A stretch of DNA of 63,460 bases, counting the filler, from Reticulomyxa filosa (taxonomy: Eukaryota > Protista > Foraminifera), in assembly GCA_000512085.1 (NCBI GenBank). It is 18 parts of 18 records of this genome, joined end to end, with 100 filler letters (N's around TTAATTAATTAA, not from the genome) between each part and the next. Parts side by side here need not be neighbours in the genome. Positions count along the whole stretch, not along the records: positions 1 to 5,486 come from ASPP01024685.1; positions 5,587 to 8,909 come from ASPP01023344.1; positions 9,010 to 10,009 come from ASPP01035429.1; positions 10,110 to 15,058 come from ASPP01009466.1; 14 more parts are not named here. One strand, 5' to 3'. Position numbers and translations under genes: made by a program. This document shows positions 1 through 11,952 of this stretch, piece by piece (positions within the stretch are counted from its first letter, which is position 1; the number at the start of each line of letters is the position of its first letter). The notes under the pieces were generated by a model that saw only the letters and a program-made list of their open reading frames with translations, did not search any database and had not been told where the DNA came from.

Positions 1-690
1 GGAAAGGGGTTGCGTGCCAGCAAGAAAGGGTAAAGTGGTTGAAACAATACCAAATTGGTGGCATATTCGATTACGAGTATTTGATACTTGCATCAAGTTT
101 TGATTGAAGAATTTTTTGTTGTGTGAATTGTACTTCTTTTGTTTTTTTTAATAATAATTTCAATCCTCCTCCAGCCCACCTGACATTTTTTATTAAATTA
201 TGCTAATCGTAAAAAATTTCTGAACTTTAATATTTTTGATCTATAAGTCGTACAAGCAATTATTAGAGGATCACTGTATTATCTTTCAAAACAAAAATGC
301 TCATAATTTTTAACCAGTTCGAAAGTCGAATATCACTAGCTTTTTTTTAAATTTGAGTGCATTGTTGATCCAATTGTCGAAGAAAATGCTTTTGTTTTAA
401 AAGGCTATTTTGCCTGAAGTGTTTTTTTTCCTGCAAATAAAAAGGTGGAATCTTATATTTTAAAAAAGTTGCAGGTGTATGTATACATTTTCCCCTCCCC
501 CCTTTGCCCCTTTTTTTTTGGTCTCTTTTCCCTTCAATTGCAAACACGGACAATGTCTTAAATATACTTTTTTTAAAAAAAAAGAAACAAAGGGAAGTAA
601 GAGAGGGAAGCGATAGAAGCAGTGAAAAAATTTTTGATGAGTTTTTTTTTCCAGTAACATATAAAAAGGTTGGTGTGTTTTTATCTCTTT

Positions 691-1205
691 TTACGACAAC
701 AAAACGACGTTGAAGTTTTCATTCAATCCAATCAAAAAATTATCAGGTTTGATATCTATGTGAATAAAAAGCTTCCAGTGCACTTTTTCAATTCGATCCA
801 ACTGTTGTCAATTGTTTATGTTTTATAAAGTGGTGTTTTTTTTTTTCAAAAAAAAAAAAACCATTTGATCGGCCAATAAACAAACAGTTCGTAACGAAAA
901 ACGTCGACCACAGTAGTTGAAAAGATCTTCTAAACTTGGTTCTAACATCTCCATCACTAACACGTTGAATTCTCCTTCTTGTGTGAACCATTTCACTGCT
1001 GGCACTCCTTGAGTTCCTTTCAAAATTTTGTAAATCTTGAACTCGTATTGCAGTTGGGGAATTTTGTGTTCGCCTTTTCCAACTTCACTGCTACAGCTGC
1101 TCCTGTTGTCACATGCTTGCCTTCATGAATCACTCCAAAACTTCCACTTCCCACTTTCCCACCCAATATATATTGTCCGTGGGCGACCCGGATTTCAAAT
1201 GCCAT
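691..1205 (-). pseudogene. Casein kinase 1 family, truncated and frameshifted copy
   Basis: Reconstructed translation: [29 protein letters not shown]...AVAVKLE...[frameshift ~1057][14 protein letters not shown]...[32 protein letters not shown], intron 861-802, then [25 protein letters not shown] and a stop at 691. SLEDLF and DIKPDN are CK1 hallmarks. HRD is changed to HID and LGPS to LEPS. No DFG or later subdomains were found. Confidence 0.8.
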
Positions 1206-1442
1206 ATGATCGCAAAAAAAAGGGCCAAGTGCCCTTTGAAGTTTTCCACCGTCAACAAACACGTCATAACGTTATCGAAAGTATTTATTGTTGCGTTTTT
1301 TTGTAAACTAAAAGTCTTGCACAACACGATTTAAAAATGCAAACTGATATTAGTTTAACTTCAAGCGAATTTTTTAGAAAAGCTAGTACGAAAGAAGAAG
1401 AAAAAAAGGAGAAAAATAGATAAACAATTAAAAAGAAAAAAA

Positions 1443-3366
1443 ATGAGCATTTACTTTCAATCACGTCGTTCGCCAGTGTTAAGTCGCTATGGGATGGTGG
1501 CCTCCTCCCAACATCTGGTGTCTCAAGTGGGACAGCAAATCTTGAAAAGTGGTGGCAACGCTGTGGACGCATGTGTTGCGATGAACGCAGTGCTTGGTGT
1601 GGTGGAGCCAACAAGCACAGGACTGGGTGGAGATTGTTTCGTGTTGTTTTACGATAACTCGAAAAAAAAAGTGTTTGGTCTGAACGGAAGTGGCAGAACC
1701 TCACAATCGTTGACACACGAGTATGTGAAGCAGCAACTGAACAGTAAGAAAGTGAACATTTTCCATGCACTCAATGTCACCGTTCCGGGAAACGTGTGCG
1801 GCATGTTGGATCTATTCACTTCAATATATGTATATATATATATATATGTACATATACATTTATACATATATATTTATATTTAAAATAGAGGCTTTCCCGA
1901 ATAATGACTTTCATGCACCAAACCTGGAGAACTCTTTAAGAATCCATATTTGGCGAAGATGCTACGCAATATAATAAGCCATGGAAAAGATGGGTTTTAT
2001 AGCGGTGACGTGGCAGATGCGTTGGTGTCGGTGGTGCAAGAGCACAAAGGCCTTTTGACATTAAAAGACTTGGCCAAACACACTAGCACTTGGGTCGATC
2101 CGATCAATGTCAATTACAAAGGGATCAACATCTGGGAAATACCGCCCAATGGACAAGGCATTGCTGCACTGATGGCTTTGAATTTTTATCAACATTTGCA
2201 AACACAGGGCAAACACACTTTGCCACCTTTCAAAAAGCCCGAATCCATTGCCGACAATTTCTATGGGCTGTCGGAAATTACCGATGCCAATGTGCAAGAC
2301 TTGCATTACAAAATCGAGTGCATGCGTTTGGGATTTAAATACGCACGAGAATTTAGTTATTGTGCTTTTTTGGTTTTAATTTAGGGAAGGAAAAAAAAAA
2401 AAAATTATTGAAATTTATTTTTGTATTTGAACAACTTTCAAAAAAAATAAAAAATAAAAAGATGTTTATCCGGTCTTGAAAAGTCAAAAATTGACATCCA
2501 AAAATATTTGACAGCAGTTAAGTGTATTTTTGATCTTTTTTTTTTGAAAGATGATATAGAGACAAAAAGGGCAATAAACTTTTAGTTGGTTTGTTTTTTA
2601 AAAAACTTGTTCGGAGGTTTGCCACGGGGCCTTGATAAAAAAAAAGGAATTTGCCAAGGAACGTGGAAAGAAAGAGAGATTTTCAGGTCGAATCAACAAT
2701 AAGCTCAGTGAAGAAGGGAAACCATTGACAAGTAGTGATATAGTGTCATTTTGTGCGGTGGATTATTGGGGCAATGCGTGTTCGTTTATTTCAAGCAATT
2801 TCCACGAGTTTGGCACCGGTTTGGTTCCGAAAAACTTTGGGTTTACATTGCAAAACCAAGACTTTGGGTTTGACTGGGATAACTCGGAACACTGCAATAC
2901 CGTGGGTCCAATGAAGCGACCATATCACACGATTATCCCAGGAATGGCCACACGAACTCTTTGCTGATTTTGGTGTGATGGGAGGCTTTATGCAGCCGCA
3001 GGGACACTTTCAAGTGTTGACGAATTTGATCGATAAAGGTATGAATGCACAAGAATGCTTGGATGAGCCAATGTTCTGTATTTCATTAAGTGAAGTGAAT
3101 TTGAAAGTCCATAATCACTCTCAGTTGTTGATTGAGGAAAATATTTATGGAAATCAAAACATTCAAAAACTGTGCCAACAGTTAAGTCGATATGGCCACA
3201 GTCCGTTGTTGTGAAAGGACAACTGCGAAGAGTGTTTGGAAGAGGACAAGTTATTTTTAAAAATGACACAAATAATGTGTTGTGGGGTGGCTCGGACGGC
3301 CATGGTGATGGTTGTGCATTGGGGCTTGAGTGTCCACCTTTAACTGTGTCTGAATCCAAATTATTG
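1443..3366 (+). pseudogene. Gamma-glutamyltransferase (YwrD-like subgroup), multi-exon, disrupted
   Basis: Motifs: [89 protein letters not shown]. Frameshifts at ~1921, ~2953 and ~3200. The segment between TVPG and the APxPGE motif appears to be missing. The nucleophile Thr position reads Ile (2740-2742). Confidence 0.85.
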
Positions 3367-4604
3367 GACTATTACTTATTTTATTTTATTTTTTTTGCAG
3401 TAAACGATAATAACTGTATCAATTGATTTGAAGATGAAAACTTGCAACTTAAAGCATTAACAAAGTTTTGCATTAAGTTAATAATGTTACTTATATACAT
3501 AGTGCAAATTTAATAATTGATTAGTCGTTAGATCATTTCAAAAACAAAAATGAAATAAAAGGAAAGAATAAATAAAGAAAATAAGTTTACGTTAAAGTAA
3601 CACAATACAAATATATATACTTGATTTTATGTTACAAAAATAACTAGAAATATGATAAATATTAAATTTCATTATAATTATGTAATGCTTTATTTTGTTT
3701 ATGTAATACACATAATATTTGACACAAAGTCATAATTGGTTATATCTTTTATCAAATATATTTATTCTATTTTAATTATTTAACCTAATTTTTTACGTTT
3801 CAAATATTATACTTAGAATATATTTTTAATATAAGTTTCAATACATTTAAATTTTGTGTGATTCAAATTATTATTTGTGAATAAGTCAGAAAGTGTAAAT
3901 TTCATGATCGTATATTATGAAACTTAATTTAATAACTGATTGTTACTATAAGTCAAAAGTCATTATTACATTAATTGTTTTTGTTAACTTGTATAAACTT
4001 ATAATTCTAGTTACAAATAATTTTTTTTATAATAAAAAATTACAATTTTATTGCAAAAGAAAGAATAAATTGATAGACGTGAATTGTTACAATATTATTT
4101 GTAATTTATGTATATTTGGTTTTCATAATGATTTATATTATGACAGTTGACAAAAAAAAATTTTTAAAAATGTTAAATTGTATTTTTCTGATAAAATGAA
4201 ATGACTATGTTAATTACGAGTTAATTAAAACTGAAAATTAAAAATTATTGAGTATACTAAAATTTAGCACTTTAACAACACTTCTTTTTTTAAATTTTTC
4301 GACAAAAGGTTCATCTTCGATAATCAAAATAAAATAATAAAAAACAAAACAATACTTTCTAAATATGAAAATTCTTGCTTTTGGAGATTATTCAAATATA
4401 CATATTGTATGCTAACGAGTTTGCAAGAATTAATGTCATTCCACAAATGTGTATTTTAATATGTTCACAAAACTATACAGCTTATAAGAAAAGCAAATAA
4501 AGTCAATTATGTTTTCTGTTTTAAACTTCTTGGCCAACAGCAAAAGACGTTCGTTGCTTTTTTGCTGATTTTACCCCTTTTGAAGTGGTTTGTGTAAAAA
4601 AAAG

Positions 4605-5486
4605 ATGGCATTTCGACGAATTACCGGTGTATTAGCTTGTATTTTCTCTATTCAAGTTCTTGCCGAAAATAAAGTGAATGGGATCCAAATTCATATTCAC
4701 AATCGTTTGCGAACAACAAACTGACGTATGCGTACGGAGCATATTGCCCGCGTCTTCGTTGAAAACGTGGACATGCAAATGGTGTAACTACGTTTCAGCG
4801 TTTCAAGTCGATCAAGTAATTGACTTGGACCAATTGCAAGTCTTTACCGGATACGACCCAACTTTCAACCAAGTTATTGTATCTTTCCGAGGCACGTCCA
4901 ATGCTTGTTGATCGAATGACTTTGACGCCATTGCTGTGTCTTATCCTGGTGTTCCTGGTTAAGTACATGCATTTTGCAAGATGTCTTTGGCAACCTTTCC
5001 TTTTTTTCAATTCACGTAACCTTGTGTTTGTATGTTTTTTTTGCATTATTTGGTTCCGTGGGCTTTGACCATAGGCGGCTTAGTTCATATAAAGGTAAAA
5101 AGAACACAAAAATTATTTTTTAATATCCACCCTTTTTTTTTTATACAAGGCATTTAAAAATCGTGCAACAGGTTTTTATGATACCTGGCAAGATTTAAGT
5201 GGACAAGTTTTGCCGTCGGTACAAGAACTTGTTTCTGCCTCATAAACAATCTCAGATAATGGTGACAGGTGTGACTTTTTTATTGTGAACAAATTTTTTG
5301 GAGGGGAGGACTTGCTTTGGTTGCAAACTAGTGCGATGATGCGTGTGGTTTTTGATAAATGATAAAGGACATAGTTTGGGAGCGGCTTTGGCACAAATTT
5401 CATCTTTGGATATCTTTAACACTTCAGGATCACTTGGAAGCACTGGATATCGCTTTGTGCAGACCTATGGATCTCCTCGCTGGTGC
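4605..5486 (+). pseudogene. Class 3 lipase, secreted type, frameshifted and cut by contig end
   Basis: Hydrophobic N-terminus from ATG 4605, then AYC..W.CKWC, GYDPTFNQVIVSFRGTSN, GHSLGAALAQ nucleophile elbow (~5367) and TYGSPR. Several frame changes and stops. Confidence 0.8.
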
Positions 5487-5586
5487 NNNNNNNNNNNNNN
5501 NNNNNNNNNNNNNNNNNNNNNNNNNNNNNNTTAATTAATTAANNNNNNNNNNNNNNNNNNNNNNNNNNNNNNNNNNNNNNNNNNNN
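5487..5586. other. Artificial contig spacer N44-TTAATTAATTAA-N44 (first of 17)
   Basis: The identical 100-bp block starts at 5487, 8910, 10010, 15059, 17858, 20251, 25066, 27971, 29455, 30654, 50188, 51605, 53604, 56949, 58731, 61033 and 62149. TTAATTAATTAA places stops in all six frames. Confidence 0.99.
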
Positions 5587-6020
5587 AAAACGATTAAAGA
5601 ATCATCATATGAATTGCCCGATGGAAATGTTAATCACTGTTGGAAATGAGAAATTGAGCTGTCCCGAAGTCATGTTCCAACCTAGTTTGATTGGGAGTGA
5701 GCAGATAGGATTGGGTCAAGTTATTGCCAATTTGCATTCGAAACTGTGATGTCAATCTTCACAAAGACCTGTACTGCAACATTGTGATTGGAGGAGGCAA
5801 TTCTATGTTCTCTGGCTTTGATCGACGTCTTACAAAAGAACTCACTTTGACCGCGCCTAATGACCTTCCTGTCAAAGTCTGCGCAAAAGAGGACCGCAAA
5901 TACTCGGCTTTCATTGGCGGCAGCATCCTCTCTTCCTTGACTCCTTTTCAAGAAATGTGGTTTTCGAAGGAGCAATATAATGAACATGGTCCTACTCTGG
6001 TCCATAAGAAATGTAATTGA
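5587..6020 (+). CDS. Divergent actin or actin-related protein, C-terminal fragment
   Basis: [29 protein letters not shown]...LHKDLYCNIVIGGGNSMFSGFDRRLTKEL...RKYSAFIGGSILSSLTPFQEMWFSKEQYNEHGPTLVHKKCN*. Two apparent 1-nt insertions (~5632, ~5732). Confidence 0.9.
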
Positions 6021-6511
6021 CAACACTTGTCATTCCATTATTGGTCCAAACGTGCCTCTACTTTAATAATTTTCACCAAAAAAAAAATAAAATAATTAGT
6101 TGATGCTTTTGTAATCACTGTTTGCGTTTTTTTAAGGTTAGATAAGTCAATCTTTTGTCTTACCTTGAAAATGTGAAATCTTTCTAAAAAAATATCTTGT
6201 TAAAAGCGCAATTAATAGTTTGTGTTTGTTGCATGCTTAGAATAAATCAATACGCAATATATATGTATATATATACTCCTTTGACAATCCTCATCATATT
6301 TCTTCAAATGTTGCTTAATGACTCAATATCAGAAGTTGCTTTGCAGATACTTGAGTTATGCACGTAACGTCATCGACTGACACAATTGTGACACATTGTC
6401 GCCGTTTCGATCACCAAACTAAAACTGAATATTGGTAAATCTTAAAGCAATAACAGGCAATCATAGCAATAAAACACCAAAATACCTTTAAACAGACTGG
6501 AAACAAATCTG

Positions 6512-8909
6512 GTGAAGACTGTTAACGTTACCACTGGCAACAATAAAACAAGAAACGCTATATCCCGTTTTAAAATGGCTGGCAATATTGATAAAAAAAT
6601 TAGCGGTCATCAACAATTAGAAGCTAAATTCAAAATGCAACCTGTTTCATTTTTTGTTCGATCCATTCACAGTTTTGTTTCTCTATATAATACTAATTTA
6701 TTTAAAATAAAAAAAATTGATTGATAAAATAGATGGTGGTGTTGACAAAGAAAATTTAAAAGACGAAAAAGAAAAGGAATGCCATAAAATTACGAAAGAC
6801 AATTTGCAAAATAAAATTGATTACACTAATAAAAGTCCCAAAGATAAAATAATTGAAGTTGATGAAAGTAATGAATGGAACGAAGCAAATAGAAAAGCAC
6901 ATGAAATGATGAATGAGATGATTAATAACAAACAACAAGGAATTGCTGTTGTCGCAAAGAATCTTGATGAATTAGCAAAATCAAGTAATCAAATATATCA
7001 GCAACAAAATATTCCTTTTTCAATGATGATTAATTCAAATAAATATATGAAAAAGAAATTAATTATTGGACAATATTCTATTTGTTCATTTCATTCAAAA
7101 AAAATAACATTTGATAATATTACAATTGATGGATGTGTTTATGCTATTGACTGTGTTATCGATGGAATTGGAAAGAATTTTATTACTCAACAACTTATTT
7201 TTACCAAGAAATCTGTTATTCGTTGTCGTTTTAGTCCTCCTGTTTTTGCTTGTTCTTGGCCTATTGACCCAAAGAAATTAATGAAATCTGGAATAGATTT
7301 ATTAGGTAAATTCGACTTGAATAAAGTAATTAAGTTATTTCGTTTTATACTTTTTTTTTAGATTGGCAAACATTACATGATTCTCATATTGATGTTGCTG
7401 AATCTTATGAGTGGTTAAGCAGATCATATTTTGAAAAAGGAGATTATGATAAATCGATTGAATACTCTGAAAAATCATTGAAAATTTTCTTGGATAAATT
7501 GGGACATTATCATCCGAAGCTTGTCATTTCATACAACAATTTGGGAATTGCTTATAGAATAAAAGAGGAATACGATAAGGCAATAGAATGCCATGAAAAA
7601 TCATTGAAAATTCTATTCGATAAATCGGAATATGATCATGTAGATGTCTCTACTTCGTACAACAGCTTGGCACTTATTTTATGATAATAAAGGGGAATAC
7701 GATAAGGCAATTGAATATCACGAAAAATCGTTGAAAATTAGTTTAAGTAATTTGGGATCTGAACATATTGATATCGCTCATTTATACAACAATTTGGGAC
7801 TTTTATATTTCAAGAAAAGAGAATACAACAAAGCAGCTGAATACTTTGAACAGTCTTTGAAAATTTTCTTGGATAAATTGGAACATGACCATCCTAACGT
7901 TGCGGATGCATACAATATTTTAGGATATATTTATGACAAGAAAAGAGAAGATAACAAAGCAATAAAATATTATGAAGCATCATTGAATATTTACTTGAGT
8001 AAATTGGGATATGATCATTCTAATGTTGCTATTTTATATAATAATTTGGGGGTTTTATATCTCAAGAAGGGAGAATATAATAAAACAATCGAATATTTGG
8101 AGAATGCATTGAAAATTAATTTGAATAAATTGGGACCTAGTCATGATATTGCTTATATATATCGCAACTTGGGATCTTCTTATGACATGAAAGGAGAAGA
8201 TGACAAAGCAAGTGAATGTCATGAAAAATCATTACAGATTATGTTAGGTATATTAGGATCTGATCACCATGATATTGCTGCTTTCTATAACAGTTTGGGT
8301 GATATTTATTACAAGAAAGGTGAATACGACAAAGCAATAGAATATTACGAAAAAGATTTAAAAATTAGTTTAAATAAATTGAAACCTGACCATATTGATG
8401 TCAATAGTATTTACAACAGTGCACGTGCTGCTTACGATCGCAACGAAGTCAATAAATTAATTGAATATCATGAAAAATCAGTGAAATTTCAATCGGATAA
8501 AGTGGGATCGGATATTTCTTATTTTGTAGTTGCGCACAAAAATGCGAGAGGTATTTATCGTATTAAGAAAGAATATGCCAAAGAAGCTAAATCTTTTGAA
8601 GCATCATTCGACATTAATTTAGAAACACTGGGATATGGTTATATTAAGATCGCTAACATATATAATAATATGACATATATTTATTATAGCAAACGAGAAT
8701 ATGACAAAGCAATGAAATTAGGAAAGGAAGCATTGAATTTGAGACTGAATATATTGGATCCTAATCATAAAGATATTAGTGTTTCATATGATATTTTAGG
8801 AGATATCTATTATAAAAAAGAAGATAAAATGGAGGCAAAGAGGTGTTATGAAAATGCATTGTCTATTTATACTCAAAATTTTGGTGAAAATCATCAAGAT
8901 ACACAAAAA
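6512..8909 (+). CDS. Tandem 42-aa TPR (kinesin-light-chain-like) protein with lineage-specific N-terminal domain; 3' truncated
   Basis: Repeats of LGxxHxDxAxxYNNLGxxYxxKGEYDKAIEYxEKSLKI across 7380-8909. Probable intron ~6643-6732. One extra T at ~7680 splits ORFs 7478 and 7644. The start is uncertain. Confidence 0.9.
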
Positions 8910-10109
8910 NNNNNNNNNNNNNNNNNNNNNNNNNNNNNNNNNNNNNNNNNNNNTTAATTAATTAANNNNNNNNNNNNNNNNNNNNNNNNNNNNNNNNNNN
9001 NNNNNNNNNTGGAGCAGTGTACATCCTGCATGAGTGAGGGTGTTAATTAAATTAATTGGAAACTTTAAGCAAAAAAAGGCTTTGCTATCGTAAATTCAGT
9101 AAAAGAAAAAGCAATTCCTATATTACAAAATTTCATCATATTCATTTTCATGGTAGAACCAGTATGTGATATCTATTATGGATACAAATCAAACTGTTCT
9201 GGCTTTAGAAGTTAAAAACAACCTAACAATAATTAAGTTGCTTCAAATAATATTCTGTGATATCTTTGTAGGATGTTCAAAAATTAAATATATCTTGACG
9301 ATGTCTAACACATTGCTTACTAACAACAGCAGTAAACTCTTTGCTTGATTTATATTTAAAAAATCGAAGAACATCACATATATCTGGTGTCTGACAAATA
9401 GCCAGATACTAATTTTGGTCTTGGATTATCGTTGGTGTTGTTGCATATGTAGAATGGGCACAAGCAAAGGCCACAACCAAACACACCAGCAATATTGTAA
9501 TACAAAACAGTTGAAAGTATAAATAATCTTTTCAGAATAAATTCATCTTTAATACAACATGCAATGTGGATACTTTCAAGGATACAAAAAAAATACGATT
9601 TATCACATTTTCAGCTATTTTTTGTTATTATATACAAACTGTTTGTTCTTTGAATACATTTTTTATTGCAAAATTTGCTTACGCTATTTGCATGTTTTTC
9701 CCTAATATGTGTAAATAATTGTAGCAAGTCTGCTGTACCGAAATTTCCATTGACTGCTTCCGAAAATCAGGCTACATCATTGGCTGCTTCCATGCTAAAT
9801 CTGTTGAAATATCGTTCCACTTCTTATTATCAAAATTTTCGTCTGCAATCACTTAAGCACGTACTCATTGTTTCAAATTTCTATTTCATTGTTTTGTCTC
9901 TAAAGAACATACGACCAATTTTCGACATAAATTCAGACTCAAATGTAGTAGCTTCTGCATTTAATACAGTTTTGTTACTGTTCCGGTATATTTCTGAAAA
10001 TTCCACTTTNNNNNNNNNNNNNNNNNNNNNNNNNNNNNNNNNNNNNNNNNNNNTTAATTAATTAANNNNNNNNNNNNNNNNNNNNNNNNNNNNNNNNNNN
10101 NNNNNNNNN

Positions 10110-11952
10110 AACATGTTAATATCAATAACATGTTGTGTTATTATTATAAAAAAAAAAAAAAAGTAACTGAAGTGAGATGGGCATGAATAAGCGATCGAAC
10201 AGTGTCAATGTCCTCTTTTGTTACTTCATCTTTCCATTTATATTCTTTCAGTAACACTTCAAATTGTTCATTTGACATTGCTTGCAACTCCTTAGTAATC
10301 TCTGTTTTATCTTTTTTTGTTTTATTTGACCTCATCATTGCTTCCATCTTTTTATTATTTGTGTTTGGAGTATATATACATATACGTTTAATATAGAGAA
10401 GGGGGGGGGGGGGAGGGGGAAAAAACAAGTATTACATTGGAGTCTTTCATTCTTCGAGCCGCGTTTTACTAAAGAGAGCAATATAACACTACTAATGAAA
10501 TGATAGCAAATATATGATTTAATTACAGTACAAATCGAAGATATTTTTTCTTTCTTCAAACTCTTCTTCCATTTACTGCCTCTCAGCCACACTTCAAAGT
10601 TTTTACTTGACAATTGTTCAAATTTTGCGATCATTTCCGATTTGTCTATTTCATTTCTCTCTTTCCACCATTCAATCCATTTTTTTTTTTTTTTTCTTTT
10701 TTCTATTTTTTTTTTCCAAAGCAGCCCACTCTTGAACATAACTCCAAAAAAAAAAAAAAAACGTATAAAAAAAAAAAAAAAACTTAACAATGTCATCTTT
10801 ATTCACTTTGTTTTTTGCAATTATTTTGCTTGTCTCATTCTCCTTCTTCTTCTCTGTTTCTTCTTTTTTCAATACTCTTTCTTTCTTTGTTTCATCTTCA
10901 CTCAACCATTCACTCACTTTCGTTTTCATATGTATCGGCAAAAAAGCCTTTCCATTCCATCCTCCAATAATATGCACATACGTATTGTCTTCACTCAATA
11001 TTGCAGCGCTATCGTACAATAGACTAGGCAACATGCCAGGAAATGTAGTCCATTTGTTTTCTCGAATGGAATACTTGTATATCGACTTTGAAACAACAGT
11101 GTTTGAAATTTGACTATCCCATCCTCCAAAGAACAAGATAACATCATTAACACAAATACACGCATAATTTCGAAATGGTGCAATTTCGTCACAAACAGAG
11201 AGTTTTTGAAATTGAAAAGTATTGCTATCTTCATCATATTCAATTGATAATCCTGTCTTTTTACAAAACAATAACATTTCACTTTTTCTTTTTCCAACTT
11301 TTGTTATAATATCTTGCGCATTTTCCAAGTTTGACACAAAGCAATGATAATAACTATAATTATCTGTCGGTAAAGTATCATATTTAATAAACTGATATGT
11401 ATTCAAATCAAATACGTCAATATTATTTGGATAACGAGTGAGAAATAAAAGATGATTCTTGCTTCCACCAATCACTGCACGTATTCCACAATAATTATCT
11501 TCATCTCTTCCAAGAGTAATTGGTCTATTATCATTGTCAACAAATGAAACCCATTTATTGTAATTTCTTGGCAATTTTTCAGTGTTGCTTTCATCATTCC
11601 AAACGCTTACATATTTCATTATCAATGTGTGCTTATTTTTTCCTCCGAAAGATAACAAGGTAATATTGTCATTTTTATCTTTTATTTTCACTACACAATG
11701 TCCATCTAGTTCAATAGCTATTGGATATTTGCAGATAAGTTTGTATTCATTTGTTACTGTGTGATATGAATAACATTCTCTCTCATTCGAACCTCCACAA
11801 ATAAGAATTTCCAGTCTGTGTGTTATACACTGCGCTGAAGAAAGCGGAGTCAACAGATTTTTTAAAGTTTGAAAGAAAATTGACGCAGAAATGTCATGTT
11901 TTTGCTCAGATTGTATTTTGAAAGATTTTTGTGTTGAATTTTCGTTGCCCAT
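10110..11952 (-). CDS. Kelch-like beta-propeller protein with C-terminal helical repeats; multi-exon
   Basis: ORF 10672..11952 has ILICGG, LLSFGG, AVIGG, ILFFGG and HIIGG kelch-type motifs and an MGNENS N-terminus. Downstream exons (10680-10500, 10350-10165) carry two related ~50-aa units. Confidence 0.85.

Noticed and set aside
9010-10009. Possible retroelement or gene relic
   Set aside because: No reverse transcriptase, endonuclease or transposase motif could be read in any frame.
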